Assembly (NCBI RefSeq): GCF_009914755.1 | Contig: NC_060926.1 | Reading direction: 5' to 3' (one strand) | From: the human T2T-CHM13v2.0 reference genome, Homo sapiens | DNA: 64,000 bases | Shown: piece by piece, positions 41,158-55,019 of the stretch | How positions within the stretch are numbered: the stretch's first letter is position 1 | How the letters are laid out: each line of letters starts with the position of its first letter | Position numbers and translations under genes: made by a program | Notes under the pieces: model-generated | Seen by the model: only the letters and a program-made list of their open reading frames with translations | What the model was told of the DNA's origin: nothing | Databases searched by the model: none

Positions 41158-41593
41158 GCCCTGGCTGCCGAAACAAAGTACCACAGGCTGCATGGCTTAA
41201 ACAACAGACATTATAGAAGCAGCAGAGACTCTGGAGCCTGGGAGTCTGAGCTCCTGGTGTTGGCAGGGTTAGTTTCTTCTGAACCTCTCTTCTGGGATTG
41301 CAGGTGGCTGTCTTCTCCCTGTGTCCTCACGTGGCCATTCCTTTGTGTGTGTCTGCATCCTAACGTTTCTTTATTTTATGCTATTTTAATTTTTGTGGAT
41401 ACATAGTAGATGTATATACTAATCTCTTCTTGCAAAGGCACCAGTCAGATTGGATTAGGACCCACCCTAGTAACCTCATTTTAACTTAGTTACCTCTTTT
41501 AAGACCGTATGTCCAAATACAGTCACATCTGAGGTACTTGGGGTTAGGGCTTCAATATATGTATTTGGAGGTACACATTTCAGTGCATAACAG
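41158..41593 (-). mobile_element. MLT1 LTR (MLT1B-like)
   Basis: 'aacaaagtaccacaggctg...ggcttaaacaacaga','caccagtcagattggattaggacccaccct','tccaaatacagtcacatctgaggtacttggggttagggcttcaa'. Confidence 0.85.
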
Positions 41594-43749
41594 AATACAA
41601 AATTGTGAATACAAAATGGGGTTTGGAGCTTTGGAAAGGTTCTGCCCAAGTGAAGGGTCCTGGAGCCTAAGCCTCACGGGCTTCCTTGTAAATTGGCTTC
41701 CGAGTGGCAGCAGCCCTTGGCTATGACCATGTTAGTGGGGTGTGGGGGAGCAGTGGGAACAGATGTGTCTGGAGTGTCATGTGCAGATCAGGCAGGTGTT
41801 ACCACCTGAGGGCAAGGAAGGGGACCTGCCAGCCTGCTCTCTGTAGACTCATTTTAGTGCATAAGTAAGGATGATTGAGGATGCAGGTGGATTTTCTGAA
41901 ACAATAAACCCATCAAAAATGAAACACCACCACCATCACCACCACCATTGAAACACCTATGAACTTCAAAGCAGAGCATCTTCCATGAAATGCATTTCTT
42001 TCCTTATGGACTCTACTACTTCTTGCCCTATTCACAACATGGCCAGAGCTTTACAGAGTAAAAATAATTCCAACTGGAGAGCGCTTAACAGTTTATAAGG
42101 CACCCTCGCATCCACACCCCACCCATCCTCTGAGACAGGTGTCAGCATTCACCTGTACTGCTGGGGAATCCCAGGCTCAGCAGGTTGAAGTGACTCCCCC
42201 ATGCTCCACAGTGAATGAGTGCCAGGGGCCCTGCACCGCATGCGCGTCTTAAGGGCTGAGCTCTTTTTACTACTGTACACCATTTTTCTTTGTGTGCCAG
42301 GGGCGATGTCTCTAAAAATAAATCTTCATGCTAATGGGACTATCATGACAAAGCAACAGACACTCAAGCCTTCAGGCCTGGAATCCGGGCCATAAAATTA
42401 AGCTACATGAGACGAGAGAGTGTCGTTGGTTACAAGGGAGTTGGAAATTATCAGAGATCTGACCAGCCAAATATGAATCTATGGAAATATTCATTTATTA
42501 TCAGTTTTTACCCTGCCTAAAGTCACAGTGGATAGGATAGTGTGGCCTAGCCAGGTAATTGAAACGTTTCAGCACATTGGGTGGATCTTGGCCTGGGAAA
42601 CTAAGACAAGACTGAGGAACCTCAAGGAAAACCAAAATGGGGAATAGGGTATGATTTGATTCATGCCAGCTTGATTCATGTTAACTATACTTTGCAGTAA
42701 TTACTCTAATTAGTGGTTTTGAGCATGATGAAAGAAAATAATTGTAAGTATTTATGGCTGGTCAGTGGGTTACAGATTGGACAATCAAGAAAAGTAGACA
42801 ATGAAACATGGTATAGCTGAGTTTACTCCATGCTGTAATTAACATTCAATGCACTCATCATTATGTTCATTTGGTGACAGCACAACATTTAGTGTGAGTT
42901 CAGGAGCCATGGCAGAGCAGCTTTGAAGGCAGCGTCTCTGGAGTGACTGATCTTTATGCCCCAGCCTCTATGAGGGGAGCCACACAGTAAGAGAAGGCCC
43001 ATGAAGATTGGTTGGTTGGTTGAGGGAATGAATGAAATCATGAGATCCACACTATTGAATTGAGAAAGAATGGACAACTTTGTTCTACATGTGAAGCCCA
43101 CCACCCAGGCTGAGCAGACAAATATTGAGAACAAAATGAAATCCGGAAACGGTATGCTGCACTTAGGGCAAAAGTGACCTGGTAATTTCTCCTTCATGAG
43201 TCCTTAGTAAAGGGACTTCCTAGAGATGTGCTGAAGTAAAATCATTTCCTGGATATGCCCTCTCCATTTCCACCTTTGCTTTCATACATATTACTTGTAT
43301 GACTATGCTACTTCCTCTGTAAAGTGGAGCTAAAAGAGAACCACCTGGTAGTTCTGTCGGGATTGAGTGAGCTCACATGCATGCTGTCCACTCTGGGCAG
43401 GAACACAGTAGACGCTCAGTGAGTATCGGTGGCTGCTCCCCAGCATTCTCACCCCATCCCCGTCTCCTCTTGCCCAGGCTCCTGGAAATTCTCCTTTGTT
43501 CCCCACACATCTTCAAGTCCAGCTCAAGCCCACAAGTGTTCCCCAGCTCCCCTGCATGCATCCTCTCTCTTCCAAACAGCCCCATTCTCGGTTCTGAGTT
43601 GGGTCCTAGTTGGATGTACTTAACCTTGTTCCTCAAAGCACTCTCATGGGACAACAGGAATCCCCCCCCCCGCTTTTTTTTTAATGTTTCTCTTTCACTC
43701 AATTCTTAACGGGTGATTACAAATTGGTTAGATCCAATTAGAGAATCTT

Positions 43750-43936
43750 GACGTGGCCACTTAACTAGCTATGTGGCTTAGAGTCCACCACTTTCTCTCT
43801 TGAGCCTCAATTTCCTTGTCTGTAGGAAAAGGGATAATGATTTCTACCTTGCAGGGTTACAGTGATTAGAAATAGTGTTTATCAAGTGCACAGTACAGGT
43901 TTTAGCACATATAAGAGGCTCCACACGTAGTAGGTA
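43750..43936 (+). mobile_element. MIR followed by a (GAT)n tract
   Basis: 'gccacttaactagctatgtgg...tgagcctcaatttccttgtctgtaggaaaagggataat'. Confidence 0.75.
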
Positions 43937-44091
43937 ATGATGATGATGATGATAACAATAATGATAGAATAATACAGCAGCAACAACTGATGTTTATTGA
44001 GCTCTTATTATATGTCTGACATTTTCAAAGAATGTTTCTCATCTAAACTGTCTTAATTTGGATAAATTCAACTACAAAGAATGCTGGACCA

Positions 44092-44252
44092 GGTTGGGAG
44101 TGGTGGCTCACTCCTGCAATCCCAGCACTTGGTGGAAGGATTGCTTGAGGCTAGGAGGTCAAGGCTACAGTGGGTTATGATTGCGCCACTTCCCCCCAGC
44201 CTGGGCAAGAGAGGGAGAGATGCTGTCTCTATACAAAGAAAACAAGAAAAGA
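44092..44252 (+). mobile_element. Monomeric old Alu (FRAM/AluJ-like)
   Basis: 'gtggtggctcactcctgcaatcccagcactt...ggattgcttgagg...aggtcaaggctacagtg...ccagcctgggcaa'; degenerate TSD aaagaa..ctggacc. Confidence 0.8.
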
Positions 44253-46616
44253 AAGAAATGATACTGGACCTTGCACAATGCTTTTATGGGAAAGATGATG
44301 CATCTTGATGGAAAACAAATATAGGAGTATTTAATATGTGCCAATTGGTTTGCCTATGTACAAAGCCAATCACCAAAACCATAAAACCAGCAATAATGAA
44401 GAATTTACCAAGATCCCATAGCTAGAGGAGAACACAGGGTCAGAATTTAAGCTCAGGTTTTTCTCACCTCAAAGTTCTGCTCTGAGGACAGGAGTGGTGC
44501 TAGGAGAATAAAGCAGGCTTTACCCTGTCCCTAAGGTGCAGGGTCAATAGTCCAAATTGCAGTGTCTGAGGGATGTGGTAGAGTTTAGCCTGATTCAGGC
44601 TCTATTAGCCCTCAATGGACCTAGGGTATGAGGGCACATACTAGTAGGCAGAATGGATGTTGTAATACAGGTGCATAAAAAGCTTGGGCTTCCAGGAGGT
44701 TGGTGCCTTTGAGAAGCTCAAGGCTGTGTAGACCTTGCTACGGATGAGCTTCAGGTTTTGGAGTAAACTTCACTGAAAAGACCAAGGCACATGGAAAAGT
44801 ATTTGGAGAAACAGGTGTGGTCTGTGGTGTGAAGGAACAGATCAATGCTAAAACTCCGTCTCTTAGTCAGTGAAACTAAGTTGCCTTCTCCACGGTCGTC
44901 TAAGGAATTGGCCAGACCTAAACTTACAGGACAGCCTAAAGCTCACAGGGTGGGAGTCATGTAATTCACATGGAAACTCTGGGAGGCGGTAGAATCACTT
45001 AGTTCCTGGTTAATGGAAAGGGAGACTGAGGATCATGGAAGTGATATAATTTTTCCAAGTTCATAAAGCTTATACATGTGGAAGTGTGGGTTTGATCCAA
45101 TGTTCTTTGCTCTTCTGCTTGAGTTATTTGCCCTATTCCAGAGATGGGAAAAGGAATTCCAGGAGACAGCATGTGAAAAAGCTGAGGACTTGGAAGGGTG
45201 GCTGGTCAAAATATTCATTTGACAGGATCAGATAAATGGATTTTTGTGTGGAAAAAATGAAAGAGGAAGAAACACCAAACACTGCCATTGCTTAAGAACT
45301 TCTCCAAGTGCTCTAAAACTGGAGATGTGTCTAGTCCTTTATGGTAAAATATAGGCTGTCTGGGCTTCCATCTCCCCATATTGGAAGTAATGCTTAGGGA
45401 AGCTTGGTCTTGGGAGCCAGATGAATTTGGTTTCAAATTTGAGTTCCACTATTTACTAGCCTCTCTAGACTCAGTTTCTTCATCTACAGGGAGAATCATA
45501 AAGTCTACCTTGTGTGGATTGGGATCAATATAAAGAAATCACTTAGCCCTTCTTGGTGCCCATGAAATGATAGTTGCCATTTTTTACCATCATGACCCTC
45601 TATTTAGGAGGAGCAAAGAACATCTAGTAGATGATAGAGGGTCATGATGAGTTCTAGCATCTAGGAGATCACAACAACTAAGGGCTCCAAAAGGGAGAGA
45701 GAGATGAAGAGGAAACAGGGGAGACAAAAAAGCAGTATTTCAAGGAGACAAGAGGAATCTATTTTCACTTGTCATTTGCATGCGTGGAAGGATGAACACC
45801 CCAGAGGGTTTCTGCTGCTCCTGGCTAGGCGTTGCCGCTACTGGCCTGCAGAGGATGTGGGCATACCCTCAGTGCAACAAAACAAAACAAGTTCCCTTTC
45901 CTTTGGACCGTGATTAAAGCCACTGTGGGTGTGCTTTGCATGTACAAAGCGTATTTTCAATTGAGATCTTCAATCAGCATCTCATACAATTTGAGAAGCA
46001 GCCTTAAGCCTACTGCTAAGCTTGCTCAGGACTTGGCAGGGAGTGAATTCAATGTCAGCTCTACATACAGCGTCTACAGCTACGATTTCAGCCAGGGCTT
46101 TGGAATCTTCAGGTTTGGTGGAGCTGTCTTCTCCAGGGAGAGGCTCCTAGTGGCCCATAATCTGGATCTTTGCAGCTGAGTTAAGAGAAAAAATATTAGT
46201 ATCATAATCTGCCAAGGAGTTTGCGGCCAAATGCCAGCTCTGACTGCTATTCATTCATGCACTTGATAGACATTTGCTGAGTGCCTACTGTGTCCCGGGT
46301 CCTGAGCCAAGTGCTGAAGGTTCAAATATAGTATTAAAAATAGCAAAATGTAGCTGCCATTTATTGAGTACCCAGTATGTGCCAGGCCCTGTGCTAGGCA
46401 ATAATAACGTGAAGTGAGAACCAAGAATAGTGATAATTTTCACCACTTTTTAGTCATTTTCAGCTGGGTACTCAAGTTTTGCTCCTGTGTTTACCCCTCA
46501 CACAGCTTTGAGAGGACGAATCCTAGTTAGGAATTGGTTACCATTTGCTATCCCTCAAAAACCTTTAATTACTTGTCACTTTTCCGTGAAAAAGTCATTA
46601 AAAATTTATATTTATT

Positions 46617-46658
46617 TCAGACGAGATGGGGCACATTCAGGGTGGTCTGGCTGTAGAC
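46617..46658 (-). pseudogene. 5S rRNA 5' fragment (nt 1-42), tailless retropseudogene
   Basis: Minus strand GTCTACAGCCAGACCACCCTGAATGTGCCCCATCTCGTCTGA vs human 5S GTCTACGGCCATACCACCCTGAACGCGCCCGATCTCGTCTGA (37/42; 4 of 5 changes at CpG positions). 21-bp TSD at 46599-46619 and 46659-46679. Confidence 0.9.
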
Positions 46659-47807
46659 TAAAAATTTGTATTTATTTCAAATAATAAGTATTCTTCAACA
46701 GTCATAATCTACCACTTCTCTTCTGGGATGTCTTCTAACTGAGAGAACCTTGAGCAGTCGCTGGGGCTTCCCATGCTATCCCAGTATCGGCCATGTGTCC
46801 GTGCGGCACGGGCAGATGGTTTTCCGGTCAGGTGTAACTGAAATGTATTTTCTCAACACAGTCTGGCAGGCAATGCAGTCTCCACAAATGCATATCACAT
46901 CTCATAAAGAAACCATGCATATTGCATGAGCTCCAAATGTAGAAACAGATACTCATAAAATACAAGCCTCAAAATAAAACCGAAACATTTCAAAACAACA
47001 GCAGTTGCAACGCCACCAATTTATTTATTTAATTTTTTTTTTTTTCAACAAGATCGTGAAACAAATCCCCACAGTCCCTGAGCAGAATCTGAAAATCCCA
47101 ACAGCCCTGGTGAGGGTTTGAAATGGGTCCTTCTTGTAGGTGGGGGAAGCAATAGACTGACAGACTCAGATAGCAGTTTTGTTGAGCAAAATGTCTTTTC
47201 CTGATCTGGAAGCTGGCAAAGATGAAAGCAAAATCAAATAGCAGTTTTTCCAGAATGGAGTCAGAAGGTCCTATTTTTGCAGATCCCATTTCTGAATGGT
47301 TTGAAGTCTTGGTAGCTGGGGCTACCTGCCCTGGTTTGGTCGTTTTCACTCTCAGTTTTGAGGTGACACAGGGCAGGGGTCTTGTTCTGTTTCCTCCCAG
47401 GTGCCTAGTGCAGTGCCCAGGACCTATGGCTCAGTGAACATCTGTTGGATGCTTTTCCCAGCCCTGTCCCCAGCTGTTCACTCTAATTCCATTCCCTCCT
47501 TTCCCGTTTTGGAGCACGTATTGCTATGCGAGTGAGAGTGACATTATGATGGGGATAACCTTTAATGTGCTCTAATTTATGAAAAAAGTAACATTTAAAA
47601 AGTTGGTACTTTATTATTAGTGCTGTGGACATCTGTTGATTTTGGATTTTTAGCATTCCTTTCCTCTTACAGTAACAACCACCTCCTTTCTGTTGGGAAA
47701 TTGGCATTCCTTTCTTCTTGCCCCAGGGAGCATGGGTTGCTCTCCCCTTTACATGTTCTTTGCATCCCACACAGATTAGGCAGTTTCTGCAACATTGTAA
47801 ATCACAA

Positions 47808-48107
47808 TTTTTTTGTTTTGTTTTGAGATGGAGTCTCATTCTGTCGCCCAGGCTGGAGTGCAGTGACACGATCTTGGCTCACTGCAAGCTCCACCTCCTG
47901 GGTTCATGCCATTCTCCTGCCTCAGCCTCCCCCGAGTAGCTGGGACTACAGGTGCCCGCCACCATGCCCAGCTAATTTGTTTTATTTTTAGTACTGATGG
48001 GGTTTCACCATGTTAGCCAGGACAGTCTCGATCTCCTGACCTTGTGATCTGCCCGTCTCAGCCTCCCAAAGTGCTGGGATTACAGGCATGAGCCACCACG
48101 CCTGGAC
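47808..48107 (-). mobile_element. AluY
   Basis: 'ctgcaagctccacctcctgggttcatgccattctcc','gttagccaggac'; degenerate TSD gtaa.tca..aattt. Confidence 0.93.
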
Positions 48108-48552
48108 GTAACTCATTAATTTATTTGCCATTCTTTCTACTCCCTGGTCTATGTGCTTATTCAAGGTGAAAATGGTGTGTTATTTAACTCCGAAGTCTCA
48201 GCACATAGTGCAGGATGCCTGGGTGCAGTGCAGGTGCTTGGGGAATGCCTACTAATGTGAGTCCAGTACATTTTAATGGGCAGGAGGGATACTACTGACT
48301 TTCCATCAATTAGACACCACTTCAAGGAGCTTCCCAGCAGTGGGTGACGTTTGCATGGAGCCATCCTTAAACTCTCTTGCCCCTGTTTAGGTTTTGCTGC
48401 TGGTTCTGCAGTTTGTAGTCACAGACCAGAGGAAAGCCACAGGTAACTGGTAGCCAAGGGCTTAGAATCTTCAGGGATAAAGGTCTGGGTCACCCATAGG
48501 TCACCTGCAGAGGTGCAGGTCAAGATAAGGGAAAATTAAAACAGATGCTGGA

Positions 48553-49152
48553 TGTGATAGTTTACTTTATCTGTCAACTTGGTAGGCCATGGTACCCAGA
48601 TATTTGGTCAAATACTAGTCTAGATGTTGCTGTGAAGGTGTTTTTAGTTGATATCAATATCTAAATCAGTAGACTGATCTAAAAGAAGCAGATGATCCTT
48701 CCTAATGTGGGGTGGCCTCATCCAATCAGTTGAAGGCCTTAGGAGGAAAAAGACTGATGTCCCCCAAGGAAGACAGAATGCTGTCAGCAGAGAGCTTTGG
48801 ACTCAGACTTGATCATCAGCTGTTTCCTGTGTCTCTAGCCTGCTGGCCACCTGCAGATTTTGGACTTGTTTGTCTCAGTAATTACACCAGCCAATTCTTT
48901 AAAATAAACTCTCAATCTGTATGTATATCTCCATCCATCTATCCATCCACATATCTATGTATGTATGTAAGTGTATCTATCTATCATCTATCTAATCTAT
49001 CCATTCACCTATTATCTATTATCTATCCATCCATCTATTTACCTATTTGCTATCATCATTTATCTATCATGTTTCTATCTATTCTCTCTCTCTCTCTCTC
49101 TCTGTCTCTGTCTCTCTCCAGTTTTGTTTCTTTGGAAAGCCCTGAGTGATAC
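48553..49152 (+). mobile_element. MLT2 (ERVL) solo LTR with an internal TCTA/TC microsatellite expansion (~48915-49117)
   Basis: 'tgtgatagtttactttatctgtcaacttgg...cccagatatttggtcaaa...cctcatccaatcagttgaaggcctt...ctgcagattttggacttg...tttctttggaaagccctgagtgatac'. Confidence 0.88.
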
Positions 49153-49920
49153 CCTGGAAAAGAGGGGTGGTGAGTATCATTTACAGCCAGGAGACAAATG
49201 GGAGCTGTGGGGATTGTATTTTGTACCATAAATCCCCTCATTTAGGTTTTTCCAGGGAACAAGACAAATCAGTACCCTGGAGAAGCTGTTCCCTGAAGGG
49301 GCAAACTTACCAGAGGAAGCAGGTGGACCTGAATGCCACAAGGGGTGGATTAGGAAAGATTGTGCTGTTCAGCCTGAATCCCTTCTCCAAGGCCAACATG
49401 CCAAGTGCCTAGCTGCTGAAAATACCAACCACTGCCGCTGGTTCACAGCCCGCCTCACTAGGAGTTGCCCTTGGCTGTAGGGAGGGAATGGCCTTAATCA
49501 AGGTTTCATCCCCTTTAGAGGGTAGCTCCTGTCATGGCCAACTGATGCAGAGATACAAAGCTGTAGGCTCTGTGCCTCAAGCTGGGATCTGGAGAAGGGC
49601 AGTCGTGGCTCCAGAGCCCCCTAGAGGGCCAGTGAGGGCTCAGCGAGGACTCAGTGGCAGCTGCATTGTTGCTTGGTTTCCCCCTCTTCCCAGACCTGCT
49701 TCTTCATTTCCTTTGAGGTGTACCTTCAAGAAGCATTGCTCTGTAGTGTGACTCTCTGCCTCAAAGTCTGATTCCAGGGATCTTGATCTGGGACAGATGG
49801 TTGTTAGCATGTTACTTGGCACCAGCAGGTACTCAAGGAATGTTAGTTTTCTTCTGTTATGGCCTTAACCTACTCTTAGAGACTGTATCAGGAAAGAATT
49901 TCTAATGGCTTTCACCTTTT

Positions 49921-50214
<294 letters not shown>

Positions 50215-50649
50215 AGCTTTCACCTTTTATTTGTAGTGTCTATTTGGTAGCAATGGTCCCTGTCATTCAGTTTCAAAGGGAGTTGACTTCCTAACTTAAA
50301 TTCATCTTTTCCTGCTTGAAGTGAACCCTTATTTCTCCCATCCTGCACTCTCCTTTTTTACACCCATGCACACACACACACACACCTCTTACATCGACTA
50401 CAGCAATCAACCAACAAACATCAACTGTAGAAGAAGAGTATAATTGTTTCAATTTGTGTTTCTGAATAAAGTGGTTTCTAGATAAAGTTTGCATTTGACA
50501 TAAGATTGTCCTTAGAATTTTTTTCTCTCAAACTAATTTAGAGGAGTGGAAAGAGATGGGATGAGAGTTACACTTAAGTTGCAAATACCTTTTCTGTAGT
50601 GCTGGGACAAAAATAAATCCATGAAGTTCATGGGTTAATAAAACATCTT

Positions 50650-50972
<323 letters not shown>

Positions 50973-51776
50973 TCACTCTTGATTCTAAATTTCATCTCTC
51001 CTTTTTTTTTTTCTGTCTGCTTACTCAAAGGGATGTTTTGCAAATTGTAGAACCTTCAGATTGACATCAGTAAACAAACAACAACAGTTTATGCTACTTT
51101 GATATTTCGAAATACAAATTAAATGCTCTGTTTATCTGTCAGCATTGAATCCAGTCATACTAATTATCCTCTGGGAATTCGATAGTTTTAAAACCCTTTT
51201 ACCGTCAGAATCCAGAGATAAAGGTGGGGATAAAAGGAGAGAAGGCAACTTGCTTAGTATCTTTTGCTACCAAACACCTCCAGTGACAGCACCATTTACT
51301 CTTTACCTCAGCATTGACAGAGGCAGAGTTGGTCTCCTGGAAATGAATTTTGCTGCAGTTGCTGCTATTACTATTGTTACCGTGGGGTCGCTCCTGTTCC
51401 TGTAAATGCTGAAAGCTACTCTGGATTCGTAGCCCAAAGCGAACTTCCTTCTACACACACTCACTCTGGTTCCACCACAGCTGTGCTGGTGCAGATGTGA
51501 ATCATCTTTGCAAACAAACTGAAGATTATTTCAAGAGTTAGTCTAATGAGTAGTGAATGTGGGCTGATTACTGTATTTGCAAAGAAACTTATTTTTTCCA
51601 ACATCGTGCTAAAGAACAGACTGGTACTTCCCATAGGCTTATAAAAGTAAGTAATCAACGTGTTTGTGTAAATATTTAATGATGTCCACATTCACATTCA
51701 TGAATCAATGGGCGATCATAATTGCTTTTGTGGGATGTGATAGACACAAACTTAAACAAGAACCCACCATATCTTA

Positions 51777-52186
<410 letters not shown>

Positions 52187-52329
52187 TTATCTTTATTTGT
52201 AACATTTTCTTTGTGATTTAGTTTCATAAATCTAAGTTAGATCAACTTGACTTGCTGATTCTTCACCAGGTGCTGAATTTATTTGCTCACAACTTCACAC
52301 TCATAGAACAGGCACTTCTTGATCCTTGG

Positions 52330-52570
52330 CTGTGTAATATGGTTCAAAGTTTAGAGTCACAGAGAGACCTGGCTTTGACTTCCAACAGTCCTGAGTTCAA
52401 ATCAATTTCTCTGCTTGTTAGTTGTTTGACTTTGGACACATCAACTAAGTCTTTGTGCTTCACTTTCTTCACTTATAATATGGGGGTTATAGTCACCTAG
52501 CAGAGCTGCTGTGAGGATTAAATGATGCAGCAATTTCCGGTATATAGTAAGTTCTCAATAAGTGGTTGTT
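52330..52570 (+). mobile_element. MIR
   Basis: 'ctgagttcaaatc...gactttggaca...ctgtgaggattaaatga...atagtaagttctcaataa'. Confidence 0.75.
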
Positions 52571-53421
52571 TCTTCCCGTTTCCTTTAGTGTACCTGGAAG
52601 CTTTTGTAATCCAGATGTGAAAGAGAACCATAACATTCCCTGAGAAACTTCTGGTTTATAGTAGTTTGGGAAAGCCAAACTTTATGTGAATAAGAGAGAG
52701 AGGAGGGGATACTGTGATATTTTTGGCCGGTGATTTCTAACATGTTGGCCAATTAATACTCCTTCAACCTGACATACTTTTTCTTGCCTTTAAATAGTCC
52801 ATGTCCTACCACCTCCTCCACCAAGCTTTTCTTTTATGACTCAGACAGCCAACATTGCATAAAACTCATGCCCCTCCAAACTTCCATGCATCACTCTCCA
52901 AACATCACCATCTCCTATTACAGCTGTTTTCAGTCTTGGCTTATGGTCTTTACTGAAATTATGCTTCATGAGAACAGAGCTACTTCTGCTTCATCATTGC
53001 ACCCAGAGGACCTGACGAGGGACCAAACATGGCAATTGTGTGGGGCAGAGGGAAGTGTGGGTTTGGAGTTAGAAGACTTGAGTTGTGATTCCAGTTTTAT
53101 TGGTTGCTGTGTGATGTCAGGCAAGTCCTATACACTTTCTCAAACTATGTTTCTTCATCTATAAAATGGTTATAATAATCCTACTGGTTATAATTTTTTG
53201 TAAACTTCCTCAAATCCTATTCCAAAGGAGGTACAATAGAAATAAAATGAATGAAATGGTTCCTACTGTATCTTCATTATGACACTATTGGACACTATAG
53301 GAGATTATGGTTGTGGAAATATATTTGATAAGAAATGCAGTACACATGCTATTTAGGGTTATTAGGAACTCATTAAATATTTCCTGAATCAATGTGTAAT
53401 GGAAATAAGATTTCTTTTACC

Positions 53422-53714
<293 letters not shown>

Positions 53715-53984
53715 TGGATCTTTTTTACCTTTTTATTTTATCAGCCTAAAAAGGAGGGTGATGGATTGACAACACACTTGGAGGGAGAGGAGAGTGACTC
53801 TTGGTAGAAGAAGACAGCTGTCAAGGGAAGGTAGCAGTGTCTGACACATGGTGTGTGTTGAGGAAGTATGTATTGAATATGCTGAATGAGTAAACAGCAT
53901 AGTGATTGGGAAAGTATCCTGCAACACCAACCAATGTTGAGACAGAAAAGGCAGCCAATGCAAATCATTGATGAGGCACTGATG

Positions 53985-54218
53985 AGGGACTCCTTCCCGA
54001 CTCTGACATTCCCTATCCTCCTGCATTATTTCTCTAGAGTATACTTTGCATCTACTTATGTGTTCATGTCTTTGTTTATTTATCTGATTAGTTAGTTTGA
54101 TGTCCATCTCCCTTACTAGGTGATAAGCCCTAGGAGGGCAGTAATTTTTGTCTATTTTGTTCACTCCTGAGTCCACCAGGTGCTCCAAAAATACTTTTAG
54201 AATAAATGATTGACTGAT
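53985..54218 (+). mobile_element. L2 3' end
   Basis: 'taagccctaggagggcag...tttttgtctattttgttcact...gtgctccaaaaatactttt..gaataaatga'. Confidence 0.7.
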
Positions 54219-54656
54219 TCTTTTGTATTCCTTAGGTAAGGAAGATTTTCAAGAACCTCTTGGGGAACTGTGCAGTTATAGTATATTTCAAATGTCCATC
54301 TGCTCATTAAGATGGAAGAATAAATAATCATTGAGAAAGAGACTTACAACCAGATAAAACCTTTTGTTGGAACAAACTTGTGAATTTAGGCTGATAATAT
54401 TAAAAAGTCCAGAACATAAAACGTTTGGGGCTGTACATTAAACACTCTACACTAAAGTCATATGCAGGTTGACATAAGGTCACAGACAAGAGCAGGGATG
54501 TCTTGCAGGTTGTCTATGGAGAGATGGGGAGACCAAGAACCGAGGTGTGAGTCCTGATTCCATCCCTCACTAGTTATGTGCTCTTAGCCAATTTTTAAGT
54601 TTCTGAGCCTCAGTTTTCTTATCTGAAAAGGAAGTATAATATCTCCTTTATGGGAT

Positions 54657-55019
54657 TGTGTTAGTCTGTTCTCATGCGGCTAATAAAGACATACCCAAGA
54701 CCGGGTAATTGATAAAGAAAAGAGGTTTAATTGACTCACAGTTCCACATGGCTGGGGAAGCCTCACAATCATAGCAGAAGGCAAAGGAGGAGCAAAGTCA
54801 TGTCTTACATGGTGGCAGGCAAGAGAAAGAACATGTGCAGGGTAACTCCCCGTTATAAAACCATCAGATCTCATGAGACTTGTTCACTATCACGAGAACA
54901 GCATGGGAAAGACCCACCCTCATGATTCAATTACCTCCCACTTGGTCCCTCCCATGACACACGGGAATTATGAGAGCTACAATTTGAGATTTGGGTGGGG
55001 ACACAGCCAAACATTATCA
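54657..55019 (-). mobile_element. THE1 (MaLR) solo LTR, complete, adjacent to or within a MIR
   Basis: 'tgtgttagtctgttctcatgcggctaataaagacatacccaagac...gactcacagttccacatggctggggaagcctcacaatcat...ataaaaccatcagatctcatgagact...catgattcaattacctccc...gagatttgggtggggacacagccaaac'. Confidence 0.93.

Noticed and set aside
48712-49231. ORFs over the MLT2 LTR
   Set aside because: Stop-poor TCTA/TC microsatellite translation (IYLSI repeats); the same applies to ORF 3143..3385.
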